64,000 nt of DNA from a virus: positions 60,599 to 124,598 of the IMG/VR virus record IMGVR_UViG_3300048590_000661, one strand, 5' to 3'. How positions within the stretch are numbered: the stretch's first letter is position 1; every line of letters begins with the position of its first letter. This document shows, piece by piece, positions 43,690-55,518 of this stretch. The notes under the pieces are model-generated. The model searched no databases. It was not told the DNA's origin and was given only the letters and a program-made list of their open reading frames with translations. The position numbers and the translations under genes were made by a program.

Positions 43690-44436
43690 TTAATTGTAAT
43701 ATAAATTATATGAGCGTATTAATTCAGAGCGATATGAAAATTCGTGGCCTAAAAACACTTCTAAATCATTTAATGTATTCGTACCATGCACTGGGTAAAC
43801 AGCATGGAAATCGTCGTGACAATTTTTGCAAAGTGTGATAAGGTTATCTATTTCAAATCTTAGTTCTTCATAGGTAGCAAAATCGAATATATGATGAACT
43901 TCTAGCCATCCTTTGTATTGGCTACACTTTTGGCAAGTATACTTATCTCTTTCGCGAACTAGTGGGTTGATAATGTTAAATAAATGGTTTCTATCTAATT
44001 GGTTTTGGGGTGTAATCCCACCTCTCCAATTAGGATGGTTTTCACCAGAATTGGTTTCGATACTTCTTTCTTTATTATAACACCCACACGATTGAGTATT
44101 CCCATTTTTCAGAGATGACGACAATACTATTTTTTCATTACCACAATCGCAAATACAATTGTACTTCCACCTACCATTTTTATATTGCGAATGCTTACTA
44201 ATAATGGTTAATCTGCCAAATTTTTGGCCCGTTAAATCTTGAGAAATAGCGCAAGACCTGCAACAAAAACATTCGTCTTTTTTCCTTAAACTATTTAATT
44301 CTAACTTATATTCTCTATTACATAATAAGCATTCACAAGAAAAACACCTGTTCCCATTCTTTTTTTCTACCTCCCTAATTACTCGCCAATGTTTGTTTTC
44401 AAATGTATCGCCAGGGTTAATTTCTAATTTTTTCAT
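43690..44436 (-). CDS. Zinc-module HNH endonuclease, family copy 6
   Basis: Likely start MKKLEINPG at 44436; RERDKYTCQKC, EVHHIFD, NLITLCKNCH. Confidence 0.9.
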   Translation of the reverse strand: MKKLEINPGDTFENKHWRVIREVEKKNGNRCFSCECLLCNREYKLELNSLRKKDECFCCRSCAISQDLTGQKFGRLTIISKHSQYKNGRWKYNCICDCGNEKIVLSSSLKNGNTQSCGCYNKERSIETNSGENHPNWRGGITPQNQLDRNHLFNIINPLVRERDKYTCQKCSQYKGWLEVHHIFDFATYEELRFEIDNLITLCKNCHDDFHAVYPVHGTNTLNDLEVFLGHEFSYRSELIRSYNLYYN

Positions 44437-44587
44437 TATTTTTTCTCTCTTGATTCTCATGAAATTCGCGAAGTGCTAATTCAATAATAAATGTCTTTGA
44501 AGTGCCAAATTCCGTCGAATAAATATTTAGTATATTGTCAGACGTTTCACTTAATCGCACACCAGTTTGGCGTTTATTCTTTTTCAT
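44417..44587 (-). CDS. RHH protein (56 aa, not in ORF track)
   Basis: MKKNKRQTGVRLSETSDNILNIYSTEFGTSKTFIIELALREFHENQERKNNEKIRN. Confidence 0.8.
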   Translation of the reverse strand: MKKNKRQTGVRLSETSDNILNIYSTEFGTSKTFIIELALREFHENQERKNNEKIRN

Positions 44588-44668
44588 TATTGTATCCTTT
44601 AATTTTATAATTTGATTATTTACTTATAATAGTATACCATAGAGTTATACATATTGCAAATTTATGAT

Positions 44669-44734
44669 CGTATGTAAAGCGTAGGCTAGTCGTAGTCTTA
44701 GCGTCAAGTTAGGCAACGTAAAACATGGTATACT
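44669..44734 (+). promoter_or_regulatory. 11-bp-phased CGT promoter 1
   Basis: CGT at 44669, 44680, 44691 and 44702; CGTCAA-21 bp-TATACT. Confidence 0.8.
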
Positions 44735-44778
44735 ATAGGTAGGGACGTAAATAAGTTACTAGATAAAGGAAAATAATC

Positions 44779-47179
44779 ATGGCTAGATTTGGCGTTGGTG
44801 ATATTGTAACTATTAAAACCAATCCATCAATATCAACAAAAGAAGATGTCACTATTGATGATATTGAAGTAGCTTGTGATGGTGATTCAGAGTTAAAAGC
44901 AGTCGTCACTATTATGCATGAAGATAAGACCGTTACTACAGTAGGGATTTTCCAATTGGCAATGTGGATTAATAACTATACAGATAGAAAGCGATAAATA
45001 ATTATGCAAAGTCCACCGCAACATATTATTAAGTTCATGCGTAAGTATAATAAGTTAGCCACTTTCCAAGATAACCTACTTACATCAACTAATCATTTTG
45101 GTCAAATTGTCACCTATCAGTTTGACTATGAGGAAGATGGGGCTTATTTTAATAGTGGCACTTCTTTAGAGCCAGTTACTAAACTATTACCAAATGACTA
45201 TTTAGACTACACTATTCGTAAATTAGCCAATAGTAAAGTAGCTGGTATTGATGTTACTAACGCATTACGTGTTAGAAACTTTACTAATAGCTATTACCAT
45301 CTTAGTATCGCTAATATCAATTTCAGTATGTATAAAGCTGCATACAATAGGGCATATTCTATTACAGAATGGGGTTTGCGGATAAATATGTATTATACTG
45401 GTGAACATTTGATTATGTCATATTTAGATGGTAAATTAAAGGTATTTTTGCCCATAGATTATACATTTTTCACGTAGTCGTAACGAACTAAATTCACTAC
45501 TATAAATAAGGAATAAAATATCATGGTATACAAACTACTAATTCCAGTGGCTTTTAAAGACGACAATATTATTTACGAAATCTTCTATAGCGACGTTATT
45601 ATTGAAGGCGCTATTATCTTGGAGGAATTTAAAATTGATTAAAGAAACATGGCGATTTATTAATTATACTTTAGGGCTTGTATACCTATATGACCCTCCA
45701 TATATTCATGCACTTCTTAACTTTTGGACAATCTTTCTATTAACAAGAAATTGGGGATAAAATGACAAATGTTACTCATTGGGGCTATACATTCTCTGAA
45801 CTGAATATGATTCTAAAGTGGACTAAATTACCCATACTATATTTAGCCTCAATGAGTAATGGGGCTGCTTTAGAATTAGGTTGTAATGAAGAAACTGCCG
45901 AATTATTTCTACAAGAAGTCAAGGGATATTATGATGCTAAATAACTTACTAAAAATGTTGTATATCAAATACCCTAATAAACTAGTGGGTGGCGTAATTT
46001 ATTTAGACGAATATAACGCTATTATTAACACTATTAGTAATTTAGATGGCGAAGTGACGGTTACTGAAGACATGATTATTTTACCTCATGAACTACTGCA
46101 CTTTGTACATATGCCATACCTTAGTTTTAAGGATGAAATATCGTTAGCTAGTTTTAATAGTTATACCCTAGAATTAGCGATGAATAAATTAGTTTATCCG
46201 TTGACTAATTATATCGTTAATGATAGTGAGCCTATTTATGTTAGTGAGCTATTTAGATAAAGGAAAGTATTATGTCAAACAAAAAATATACATCAGTTAT
46301 TGAGTTTTACGTTAATGAAGTACTGCCACTAGTTAGCGAAGGCGCTAAATTTGTGGCGATAGATAGTGATTTTGATGTTTGTGAATACACAAAGAAACCT
46401 GAATTTAGTGATAATGGCGCTATAAGGTATTCTTATTTCAAGTTATCAACTTATGATAGTGAATATCGCAAACTACTTAATGCAGAACGCTTTTTTGATA
46501 GTGCGCTAAACTTTAGTGAAACATGTGTTTCTATTGAGCTATTAGAAAATTATAAAGCTTGTAGCAATATCGAATTTATGAATAAGCCAGCGGTTAAATT
46601 TGATGTACTTGGTGCTATTCCATTTGTTGAAGCTAAAAAGAACTGGTTTACTTCGCAATCTGGTATCGAGCTAGGCTATTTAAGTAAATATCAAGTAATT
46701 GACTTGGTTGCTTACTTTGAAAGCTTGTATGATGGGGATAACTTTCATACCGTTATGTCAGATAGTTGTATTGTAATGTACTTGGCAGGTAATGTGCTTA
46801 TTCATGCGGTATTGGTAGAAAGTGCTTAATGGTGGAAATAGGTTTTAATGACAGGTTTGACAACTTAATCATTGGGCTTGCGAATGATCAAATGTGGTTT
46901 TTAACTAAGGAAAAAATAAATTCCTATAGGTTTGCCTCTTGGGTGTCGGACAAAAGAGGGTTTAATTTTTCTATCGTCTTCAAACCTGAATTTTCTCTTT
47001 GTGCGATTCATAATTCGTTTAAAATAACCATACACAAGGATATTTTGCATAGTTCAGGGCTGAAGACGGAATTATCACAAATCAATATTTACAATAGATC
47101 GGCAAATCTTCGGTCAGAGCTTGAATATTACTGGTTTGTGCAGCTTTATTTTCTTCATAAAGAATTATTTCGATGTTAA
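44779..47179 (+). CDS. Run of hypothetical proteins (44779, 45004, 45762, 45886, 46272, 46829)
   Basis: ORF track. Confidence 0.5.
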
Positions 47180-47228
47180 ATTAGGTGTATAAGGTAGGTT
47201 ATTAATTTATCTTATACACCTAATTTAA

Positions 47229-47996
47229 TTAACAATAATAATATTCGTAGTAATTTAATAATGTTTGGCGATATTTATACTCATGGACTAACCAATTTTC
47301 CAAATCAAATAGTGTATTTGTTAGGCTTGTAGGATAGATAGAATGAAAATTATCATGGCACCGCTTACAAAGTGTAATTAGATTGCTTTCTTCAAATCGC
47401 AATTCTTCATAAGTTGCAAAATCAAATATATGATGAACATTTAGCCATCCTTTGTGTTGATTGCAATTTTGGCAAGTGTAGTTATCACGTTCTCTAATTA
47501 TTCGATTTATTTGTTTTAATTTGGTTCGATCAAGCTTATTTTTTGGTGAAATTCCGCCTTTCCAATTTCTATTATTTTCACCAGAATTTAGTTCACTAGA
47601 CCGCTCTATTTTAAGGCACCCGCAAGATTTAATGCCACCATTAGTCAGTTGGCTACCGGTTACTATGCTTATGGTCAAACAATCACATTGGCATAAATAG
47701 CGCCACCTACCATGCGTATCTTGTGAATGTTTTTCTAATACTAATAACCTATTGAATTTTTGTCCTATTAATTCGTCAGCCTTAATTTCATGATATTTAG
47801 AAATCGCGCAAGAGTTACAACAATACCATCCATTTTTACGCCTTAAACTATTCAGTGCAACTTCGTATTCTCTATTACACAATAAGCACAAACAAAGAAA
47901 ATGTCTATGTTTACCTTTTTTATCTACTTCTCTAATTACTTCCCAATGTTTATTTGGAAATGTATCGCCTGGATTAATTTCTAGTCTTTTCGGCAT
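47229..47996 (-). CDS. Zinc-module HNH endonuclease, family copy 7
   Basis: RERDNYTCQNC, NVHHIFD, NLITLCKRCH. Confidence 0.9.
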   Translation of the reverse strand: MPKRLEINPGDTFPNKHWEVIREVDKKGKHRHFLCLCLLCNREYEVALNSLRRKNGWYCCNSCAISKYHEIKADELIGQKFNRLLVLEKHSQDTHGRWRYLCQCDCLTISIVTGSQLTNGGIKSCGCLKIERSSELNSGENNRNWKGGISPKNKLDRTKLKQINRIIRERDNYTCQNCNQHKGWLNVHHIFDFATYEELRFEESNLITLCKRCHDNFHSIYPTSLTNTLFDLENWLVHEYKYRQTLLNYYEYYYC

Positions 47997-48150
47997 TATT
48001 ATCTTCCTCTACTTCATTACTCTTTGCATAATGGCGAATAGCAAGTTCAAGAATTGCAGGTTTTGAAATATCTAATTTCTCAGATAGTTTATCAAGTAAA
48101 TTTTTGGCAGTATTAGAGAAACGAATGCTTGTTGGATTGTTTTTATTCAT
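47974..48150 (-). CDS. RHH protein (58 aa, not in ORF track)
   Basis: MNKNNPTSIRFSNTAKNLLDKLSEKLDISKPAILELAIRHYAKSNEVEEDNNAEKTRN. Confidence 0.8.
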   Translation of the reverse strand: MNKNNPTSIRFSNTAKNLLDKLSEKLDISKPAILELAIRHYAKSNEVEEDNNAEKTRN

Positions 48151-48278
48151 GTCGTCTTTTTCCTTTTAGTTTGTATAGATTAATGTATATCTCAATTGTA
48201 TCATATTTCAAATACACACTCCTAATTTATGAATATTAGGCTATATTACTGTATTATCAATCAGAAAGATTATATATT

Positions 48279-48818
48279 ATGCTAAAATCAACTATGTCTA
48301 TTCATGAACTAATTTCAATGGTAAAATCATTGAGCGGGGTTCTTGTTGGTAGCAGAATGATGGGTTGTAACTCTATAACGTCAGATTACGACTTCCTTGT
48401 TTTATATCGCCAAGAAGCAATTGATGAACTAATCAAGTTTGGGTTTAATCTTGTTATTGGGTTGCCTGAAGATGGTGAATATTACTATAGCGATAATCTA
48501 GTAACATTCTATCGTGCATATTCTAGTGAAGGTATCAAGATAGAAGTTCAAGTAGCGCCAACACTAGATTTAATGAATATAATTTATGACACATACATGA
48601 CCTTGCGTGAAAATAGTACGTACAAATTACTTATGAAGCCGTTTAGACAGTTTCTATATTTAACTACGCTTGATGACAAAATCCAACGTTCCATTTTAGT
48701 ATCAAATGAAGTAAAAGAAATTTCGCGGAACATGGTCTATAATAGTCAAGGTGTAATATTTACCCAATTACAAACTATTTTTAGTAATTCAGTAGGAGAA
48801 AATGAGATTACTTTCTAA
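48279..48818 (+). CDS. Nucleotidyltransferase-like protein
   Basis: LVGSRMMG...SDYDFLV (GS...DxD pattern). Confidence 0.7.
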   Translation: MLKSTMSIHELISMVKSLSGVLVGSRMMGCNSITSDYDFLVLYRQEAIDELIKFGFNLVIGLPEDGEYYYSDNLVTFYRAYSSEGIKIEVQVAPTLDLMNIIYDTYMTLRENSTYKLLMKPFRQFLYLTTLDDKIQRSILVSNEVKEISRNMVYNSQGVIFTQLQTIFSNSVGENEITF

Positions 48819-50007
48819 CACCGATCCACATTTATCTATTCGCCTAGACCGACCAGTCCATAGCCGAAGACGACGAAGATATAAGCGTAAAAATAATCAA
48901 ACCATATCTATTAATTCCACTTTAATCGTGAATGAAAAATCAGAAAGAGTGGAATTAATAGTATTTGCTCTACAATTCTCGACAATAGAATTTTTGTTAT
49001 TGGAGAAGTTGTTAGCTTTCCCTCTCAACAGAAAATACAAAATTTCTTTTGAAGAAGCTTTTTACGATAAACATCACTATTTTTTAGAGATAGAGAACAC
49101 TCATAAAGTAAATCCTAGAATAATTCTCGCTGCATTTGAATTAGGTATTAAAATAACTCATAAAGATAACCTATTAACTTTTGAAGCTAATGAAATACAA
49201 TTTAACGATTTCATTCAACAAGTATTCATACTTTTATTTTGTCATATTAGTCAGCATGACGACTATTTAATCTCTGAGAAAGTTATTAATAGAATACGTC
49301 GATACACTAGAAAATGGTTAAAAAAGTTATCACCAAATTCTAAGGCATATTTTAAAAAAACCATAAAAGTGCCTAAAAATAACTTCATAAAATTCTTGCG
49401 AGAAAATAATAAGCCTAAAATAAAAAAACTTAATTGCATTGAAGAAGTCGTAGACCTTATTAATAGTCTAAATATCTCATCTATGATTGATATCGGCATA
49501 GCTAATAATGGTATCATCTGTTATGCCATTGCTCATTATAATAAGCATATTCAAGTAACAGGAATTAGTGAGGATAATAATAAGGTAATAGTAGCTCGAC
49601 AAGCTAAACCAACATATAAGGGTAAAGTATTGGATGGTGCTTATTATAAGAATCTAGTATTTATTCAAGCTAACCCTTTATTACCTATAATCTGTAATTA
49701 TGCACCAGTTGACCTATTAGTTATTAGCGATGGAAATACTGAAGGGTTAGAAAATGTTATAAATGATTATTATAAGCCCAGGTATATAATCGCTATTACT
49801 GACGATAAGGTAACATTAACAGAATTAGAGCAGAATAATAGCCTGTCTAAATGGCAAAAGTTTTATGAAGAATTTACAAAAGATGACCCATATAAAATTA
49901 GGGCTATTAACGAAGGTCTTTGCCACCTAAATACTTTTAATGGCGATTTCCAAAAGTTATATGAAGAATCGCTAGAAAATTACCGTCAACGTAGGCTAAA
50001 CGTATAG
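48802..50007 (+). CDS. Divergent Hen1-like RNA 2'-O-methyltransferase
   Basis: QQVFILL...DYLISEKVINRIRRYTRKWL resembles the end of the Hen1 N-domain; C-terminal Rossmann-like MIDIG...VTGI...DLLVISD...PRYII. Motifs are degenerate. Confidence 0.4.
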   Translation: MRLLSNTDPHLSIRLDRPVHSRRRRRYKRKNNQTISINSTLIVNEKSERVELIVFALQFSTIEFLLLEKLLAFPLNRKYKISFEEAFYDKHHYFLEIENTHKVNPRIILAAFELGIKITHKDNLLTFEANEIQFNDFIQQVFILLFCHISQHDDYLISEKVINRIRRYTRKWLKKLSPNSKAYFKKTIKVPKNNFIKFLRENNKPKIKKLNCIEEVVDLINSLNISSMIDIGIANNGIICYAIAHYNKHIQVTGISEDNNKVIVARQAKPTYKGKVLDGAYYKNLVFIQANPLLPIICNYAPVDLLVISDGNTEGLENVINDYYKPRYIIAITDDKVTLTELEQNNSLSKWQKFYEEFTKDDPYKIRAINEGLCHLNTFNGDFQKLYEESLENYRQRRLNV

Positions 50008-50055
50008 ATAGCGTATGGCAAACGTCAAGTAAAGCATCGAAAAGCATGGTATAAT
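49990..50055 (+). promoter_or_regulatory. 11-bp-phased CGT promoter 2
   Basis: CGT at 49990, 50001, 50012 and 50023; CGTCAA-21 bp-TATAAT. Confidence 0.8.
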
Positions 50056-50106
50056 ATGGGTAGGCAAGAAAATAAACGTGTAGGATAAGAAAAGGAAAAT
50101 AATATC

Positions 50107-52478
50107 ATGGAAAGCAAAAGCGAATCACTTATCGGAATGAAGCTAACCGCTATTGAATTTATGGAAGATGGCGAATCATTAAAAATGACCTTTGATAATG
50201 ATGATTCGGAAGCTGTTGTAATTGTTAAATCGACACTTCAACCTAATACACCTAAAGGGCACGAATTACAAATGTATATGGAAAAAGTAACTGTTGAAAA
50301 ATGTCGGCTAATTTAAAAAGGAAAAATAATCATGTTAGCAGATATTGTTTTGGGTGTTGCATTTGTTTATATGCTTAGTATGGCAGTATTCGTTAATGCT
50401 AGGGACTCGGTAGCATTCTTGTTTTTTCGATTTGTACCATTTTTGATTAGTTTGGGATTGGGATATATTTTGTTCGTTGCTTAATTAAAATAAAGGAAAG
50501 TAATAATCATGGAAATCTTAAAAGAATTTGAAGGTAAAGTGTTAGAGAACGTTACCTATAATAAAGAAGATGAAATATTAACTTTCTATTTTACTAATGG
50601 TGATGTTTATGAAATGTTTCACGAACAAGATTGTTGCGAATCTGTTTATCTTGAAGATGGGTATGATGACCTTATGTTTTTAATTGGTCAAGAAATTTTA
50701 CAGGCTTATGTAACTAGTAATAGTGGCGATGATGATGGCGGAACATATACCTATACATATTACAACATCAGCACATTTCTTAATAGTGCCACACTTCGTT
50801 GGTACGGGTCTAGCAATGGGTACTATTCAGAAGCGGTAGATATTCAGAAAGTAGGGTAATATCATGGAATCCATTATTAATATTCTAAAACGTGAAATTG
50901 AGTTAGCCCAAATATTTATTGACTTGAATAAAGAAACACCTAGTAATGAAGATTATCAATATTATCTTGGTAGATATACATTAGGCACCGCTATTTTAGA
51001 AGAGTTAGTAAAGGTACACGCTATTAATATTCAAATGGCTGGATTAATCGAAAAATTAATGACTAGAGAGTTTGGGGAATAATATCATGACTATTAAACA
51101 AGGGTATTGGGTAATTTGGCGGCAAAAGAACGGTAAAATGTCAGAGAAATTTTTTGAACGGTATTGGGAAGCGCAACAGAAAAGACAGGATTTAATTCGT
51201 AAAAGTTTTACTGATGTTTCTATGCAAGTTGGAGTTAATAAGAAATAGGAATAATAAAATGCTAAATCGACTATTTGACCTAATTAATCACCGTGATATT
51301 ATTAAAGACCAAAAGGAACATATAATTGCCATTAACGATGTTATTCAGTCACAAAAGAAGTCATTAGAGCTACGCCAACAAGAAGCAACAGTATTGCAAA
51401 AAATAATCGATATCAAAGATGAACGAATTACACAATTAGAAGCTGCATTAGAAAATAGTATTAAAGTATTAGACCTGATTGAAAGTATACGCCAAAAAGA
51501 ATTTGTGGTTGCTTTCTCTAAAACCTTTGACGTAAAAGAAATTGAAACTGGCGTTTACGTTATTAAACTAACCGAAGTACAATATCCATTAGTTGTTGGT
51601 ATTTTTCTATTTCATGGCTATGAATATGCAGGTTGTGATACCTTTGTCAATAAAAGCACAAATACTAATGTATTATTTGAGGTAGTTTAGCTAGAATATG
51701 GAACTAATTATGAAAAACATTATTAATTTTCAAAACAATTGTGAAGAATTAATTTATATCGTTACTCAAAACACAGATGATTTAACATATAAATTTATTA
51801 ATGTATATTATTCCGAAGATTTCTCGCAACTAGAAAAGTATTTGCGGAAAGTCACTAATAAGCTTACTAAATTATCACTTTCTGATGATGATCTAAAATT
51901 ATCCATTCAATACTATTTTGCTAAGTTCGCCTTGAATAATAATTTATATCCTGATGTATTTCCAGAATTACCAAATATGCTAACTAGTAGTGTAATTAAT
52001 TTAGGCAATAAAATTATTGATGTGTTTGCCATTGATAAATACTATTACAGTGAATCGAAAAATAAATTAATTAGTATTATGGAAATGGCTACAAAGCATA
52101 TTCATAATTCCGTGAATAAAAAACTAAAAAATAATGAAATTGATGAAGAATTGACGGAACTAATTAATGAATTAGTAGATCGGGTAAAAGAAGATGGGTA
52201 AAGTAATCGCTAGTAAAGCAGTAAACGAAAATACAGGAATGAGTATTTTTGATGAATTGAAAATCACGCATAACTTATACCAAAACTATAGTCGTCATTA
52301 TGACATTTTATCCTTAGGAAATAACCTAGAAGAGTTCGTTAGATATTTCTATGCTTATTTTTATGAAGATTATATGTTAAGTGATAATTGGGTAAAAGGT
52401 AGAGCAAAACAAATAGCGGATTTATTCGCTTATGATTATATGCAACAGTTTATTTTAAAAGATGAATACCAATCGTAG
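50107..52478 (+). CDS. Run of small hypothetical proteins (50107, 50509, 50864, 51214, 51698, 52194)
   Basis: ORF track; 50509-50859 has a FHEQDCCESV...WYGSSNGYYSE pattern familiar from phages; several share AAAGGAAAATAATCATG-like leaders. Confidence 0.55.
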
Positions 52479-52528
52479 GGTAATCGTATGCTTCCCGTCA
52501 AGTTAGGAACTGCTATTCGTGATATACT
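52474..52528 (+). promoter_or_regulatory. 11-bp-phased CGT promoter 3
   Basis: CGT at 52474, 52485 and 52496; CGTCAA-21 bp-TATACT. Confidence 0.78.
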
Positions 52529-52790
52529 ATGAGTAGAGAAGCAAATAGTTAAATTAGTGAAAAGGGAAATAATAATGGCTATTCAAATTGGTTCAAAAGT
52601 AAAATATAATCGTAATTTTCTTAATAATATCCATGCTGATAAAACAGACGATATCTGGCGCGAAACTGGGATTGTAGAAGAAATTAAAGGCGAAGGTAAA
52701 ACTAAACGTGCTGTAGTAGTTTGGGAAGATGAAACAACTAATACGGCATTACTTTCTAACTTAACTATTTTAGACTAAAGGCGAATAATC

Positions 52791-52949
52791 ATGGAACAAA
52801 TTATTACCAAACTTACACTTGAAATGAAATATTCAATTTTGATGATGGAAGTTTATGCCAGCGATACAAATGACCCATATTATATGTATTATTTAGGGCA
52901 GTATAACTTGGCGAATAGTCTGCTATCATATGTATTAGGTGATATTTAA
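52791..52949 (+). CDS. Small protein (52 aa), paralog of 50864-51082
   Basis: MEQII...YMYYLGQYNLA versus MESII...YQYYLGRYTLG. Confidence 0.6.
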   Translation: MEQIITKLTLEMKYSILMMEVYASDTNDPYYMYYLGQYNLANSLLSYVLGDI

Positions 52950-53063
52950 AAGGAAGATAATTATAGGTATCCCAATCGCAGTCTATTTTATTACTGGTAT
53001 TTTTCTATTTGTATACCATTGTTGTTACTTAGTAATTAAAAATACTATTAAAGGCGAATAATC

Positions 53064-53687
53064 ATGCAAATTATCTCAGATACACATTGCGAATATGAAG
53101 TATTAATTAGTCATATCAAAAACACCACAGAAGAAAACATAATCCTATTAGGTGATCATGGGTTTGGTCTTGATTACATGGGCTTGCCTTTTACGACCAA
53201 GTTTTTATCTCAAATGTTTCCTAATAAGTATTTTTGGGCGATTAGTGGCAATCACGATAATCAAGCATTTATGACTAACGAACCAAATGTATACACTATT
53301 ACTACAAAATCTGGCCCACAAATTTTCTATATTGAAGGTAAAGATATCTTAATGATTCCAGGTGCTTATTCGTATGATAAGAATTTACAACTGATGCAAA
53401 GCTCATGGTACGAAGATGAGCAAATGTCATGGCAAAGATGGGCGAAGTTTTTAAATGAGTTTAAAGTAATGCCGTTTGATGTGATTATGTCACATGATAC
53501 CAGTATTGTTAATTATTACCTGTCTTATCGTAAGACTGATGAATCATTGACTAGTAATGGGCTAGAATATATCTATAATACTTTCCCGACTATTCCAAAG
53601 TATTCAGGCCATTTGCATAATAGTTTCTATAATAGCAGACTTAATAATATTGGGTTAGGCATTAATCAAAGCTTGCTTCTTATTTAG
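53064..53687 (+). CDS. Calcineurin-like metallophosphoesterase
   Basis: ISDTH, LGDHG, SGNHD, MSHD, SGHLH. Confidence 0.88.
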   Translation: MQIISDTHCEYEVLISHIKNTTEENIILLGDHGFGLDYMGLPFTTKFLSQMFPNKYFWAISGNHDNQAFMTNEPNVYTITTKSGPQIFYIEGKDILMIPGAYSYDKNLQLMQSSWYEDEQMSWQRWAKFLNEFKVMPFDVIMSHDTSIVNYYLSYRKTDESLTSNGLEYIYNTFPTIPKYSGHLHNSFYNSRLNNIGLGINQSLLLI

Positions 53688-53703
53688 AAAGTGAGAAAGT
53701 ATC

Positions 53704-54330
53704 ATGTTAGTATATCGCTTAGAAATAGAAGGTGGTGGCCCATATTGGTTAAGTGATAGCGCAGAATATATTACTGAATTAAGTTGGTATAAAAATATGC
53801 TTACACAGCATAATGAGAAGGAAAGCCACCCAATTATTAGAGAAGATATTAGAGGATTCGCTAATTTAGGAAATAGCTATATTTGTGGGTTTTCTTCGCC
53901 AACAGATTTAGTAAGATGGTTTGGTCTGTATCTATTTGGGTTTGATAGCGTTAATGCAGAAATTGTTACCTATGAATCCAATAATGTTATTCATGCAGAT
54001 AGTGGTCGGCAATTGGCTTTTGATTCCGTTACTTCACAAGTTGTTCGGCGTGAATCTATATCTGACTTTTTAACTGCTCAGTTCTTTGATATTAAAGCGC
54101 TATTAGTTGCAAAGCGCAAATTTAACACATTATTCACCAATGGCTTTACTTCAGACGATATAGTATTAGAGGCTTTTCATAATAATCTCATTAATGATAT
54201 TACCTTCATTATGGATGAGTTATTATTTTTAGAGAATTATGGAATACTTAATCCAGACTTTTCTACCGCTGGAGATTACTTGAAATACATTTTACTAATT
54301 GATAAAGTAGTTAATATTTTGGAGAGTTAA
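53704..54330 (+). CDS. Hypothetical protein
   Basis: ORF track; VYRLE...GGPY...CGFSS...WF pattern. Confidence 0.55.
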   Translation: MLVYRLEIEGGGPYWLSDSAEYITELSWYKNMLTQHNEKESHPIIREDIRGFANLGNSYICGFSSPTDLVRWFGLYLFGFDSVNAEIVTYESNNVIHADSGRQLAFDSVTSQVVRRESISDFLTAQFFDIKALLVAKRKFNTLFTNGFTSDDIVLEAFHNNLINDITFIMDELLFLENYGILNPDFSTAGDYLKYILLIDKVVNILES

Positions 54331-54544
54331 TAACTATGGGAAATAAAACGTACAACACTAACAGTAACGGCGAATTTAAATACGAACCACCAAAAAATAT
54401 ACAATTTTATTATAATGAAGTTTTAAATACAGACGGTGTGCGTAATATTAATGGCGATGAATTTTTGACGCTTGATTTAACGAGGGATAACACAAGGCCA
54501 AATACATACACCACAGGAAATGTTAAAAGTCTTAACTAAAATAA

Positions 54545-54881
54545 TATGGCTAATTTTTAGCAACTTTAATAAAAGCAAAAATTAGCCATAAAAAGTTTTT
54601 GTATATTTTTTCACAAAGAAAGAACAAGAGTTTGCCGATATTTATATTCATTGCCGCACAATAAACACTTACATAGAAAATATCTTTGTATTCCTCTTTT
54701 ATCTATTTCTTTAACTACTTCCCAATGCTTACCTGGGAATGTATCACCTGGATTAATTTCTAATTTTTTCATTATCTTTATCGTATCTTTTTTCTTCAAA
54801 TTCACGAAGGGCTAATTCAACAATTGCAGTTTTACTTATCCCTAGCTTATTATAATATTTATCTAGAATCTCATCAGTGGC
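54545..54881 (-). pseudogene. Decayed RHH-HNH cassette E
   Basis: Hairpin at 54545-54590. HNH remnant 54611-54772 jumps from CKCLLCG to EYKYRQTL. 5'-truncated RHH reads ...DEILDKYYNKLGISKTAIVELALREFEEKR... Confidence 0.8.
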
Positions 54882-55005
54882 AAGAATATAAAATTTGCTT
54901 GGTTGCCACATAGATTAACCGAAAAACACGAATTACCTATTTATACATGGTTAGGTCTTACTATTGGTCTTTTTGTAAACATGGAATTACAAACCATTAA
55001 TATAT

Positions 55006-55518
55006 TTGAAAAGGAATAATAATATGCCTAGTATTTATGTAGCATCACTTGCAGATTATAATAATGGCAATCTTTTTGGTGTTTGGATTGATGCTGATTT
55101 AGATGTTGACGATATGCAAGAAGCTATCCATTTAATGTTAAAAGAGTCTAAATATCAACCAGCAGAAGATTGGGCTATTCATGATAGTGAGGGGTTTGGT
55201 AACGTTTCTATTTCTGAAAATATGTCATTAGAAAGCATTTCGATTATTGCGCAATTACTAGAAAAACACGATAATGATCTAGTAGCAGAATTAATTGAAT
55301 ATTATAATGACCTAAATGTTGTAGAAGATGAATTAGCGAATAAACTATATGGCGTGTATGATGGGTATGAAGAATTTGCTAAAGAATTACTATCACATAT
55401 TGAAGTGCCAAAAGAATTAGATGGTTATATTGATTGGGATTTTATCGGTCAAAATAAAGCCGATACGGAATTTAATAGCTTTATGATTAATGATACACTT
55501 TATGTATTTTCTTCTTAA
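55006..55518 (+). CDS. ardA: Antirestriction protein ArdA
   Basis: IYVASLADYNNGNLFGVWID, EDWAIHDSEG, LDGYIDW; highly acidic. Confidence 0.9.
   Translation: MKRNNNMPSIYVASLADYNNGNLFGVWIDADLDVDDMQEAIHLMLKESKYQPAEDWAIHDSEGFGNVSISENMSLESISIIAQLLEKHDNDLVAELIEYYNDLNVVEDELANKLYGVYDGYEEFAKELLSHIEVPKELDGYIDWDFIGQNKADTEFNSFMINDTLYVFSS

Larger units (their letters stand above)
43646..44665 (-). mobile_element. RHH-HNH cassette C
   Basis: 16-bp-stem palindrome at 43646-43684, HNH gene, RHH gene, promoter TTGCAA-17-TATACT (44659-44631). Confidence 0.7.
47176..48230 (-). mobile_element. RHH-HNH cassette D
   Basis: Palindrome at 47176-47228, HNH gene, RHH gene, extended -10 TGATACAAT upstream. Confidence 0.7.

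Noticed and set aside
45470-45500. Fifth phased-CGT promoter
   Set aside because: The CGT units are 6 bp apart, with no CGTCAA-21 bp-(-10) arrangement.
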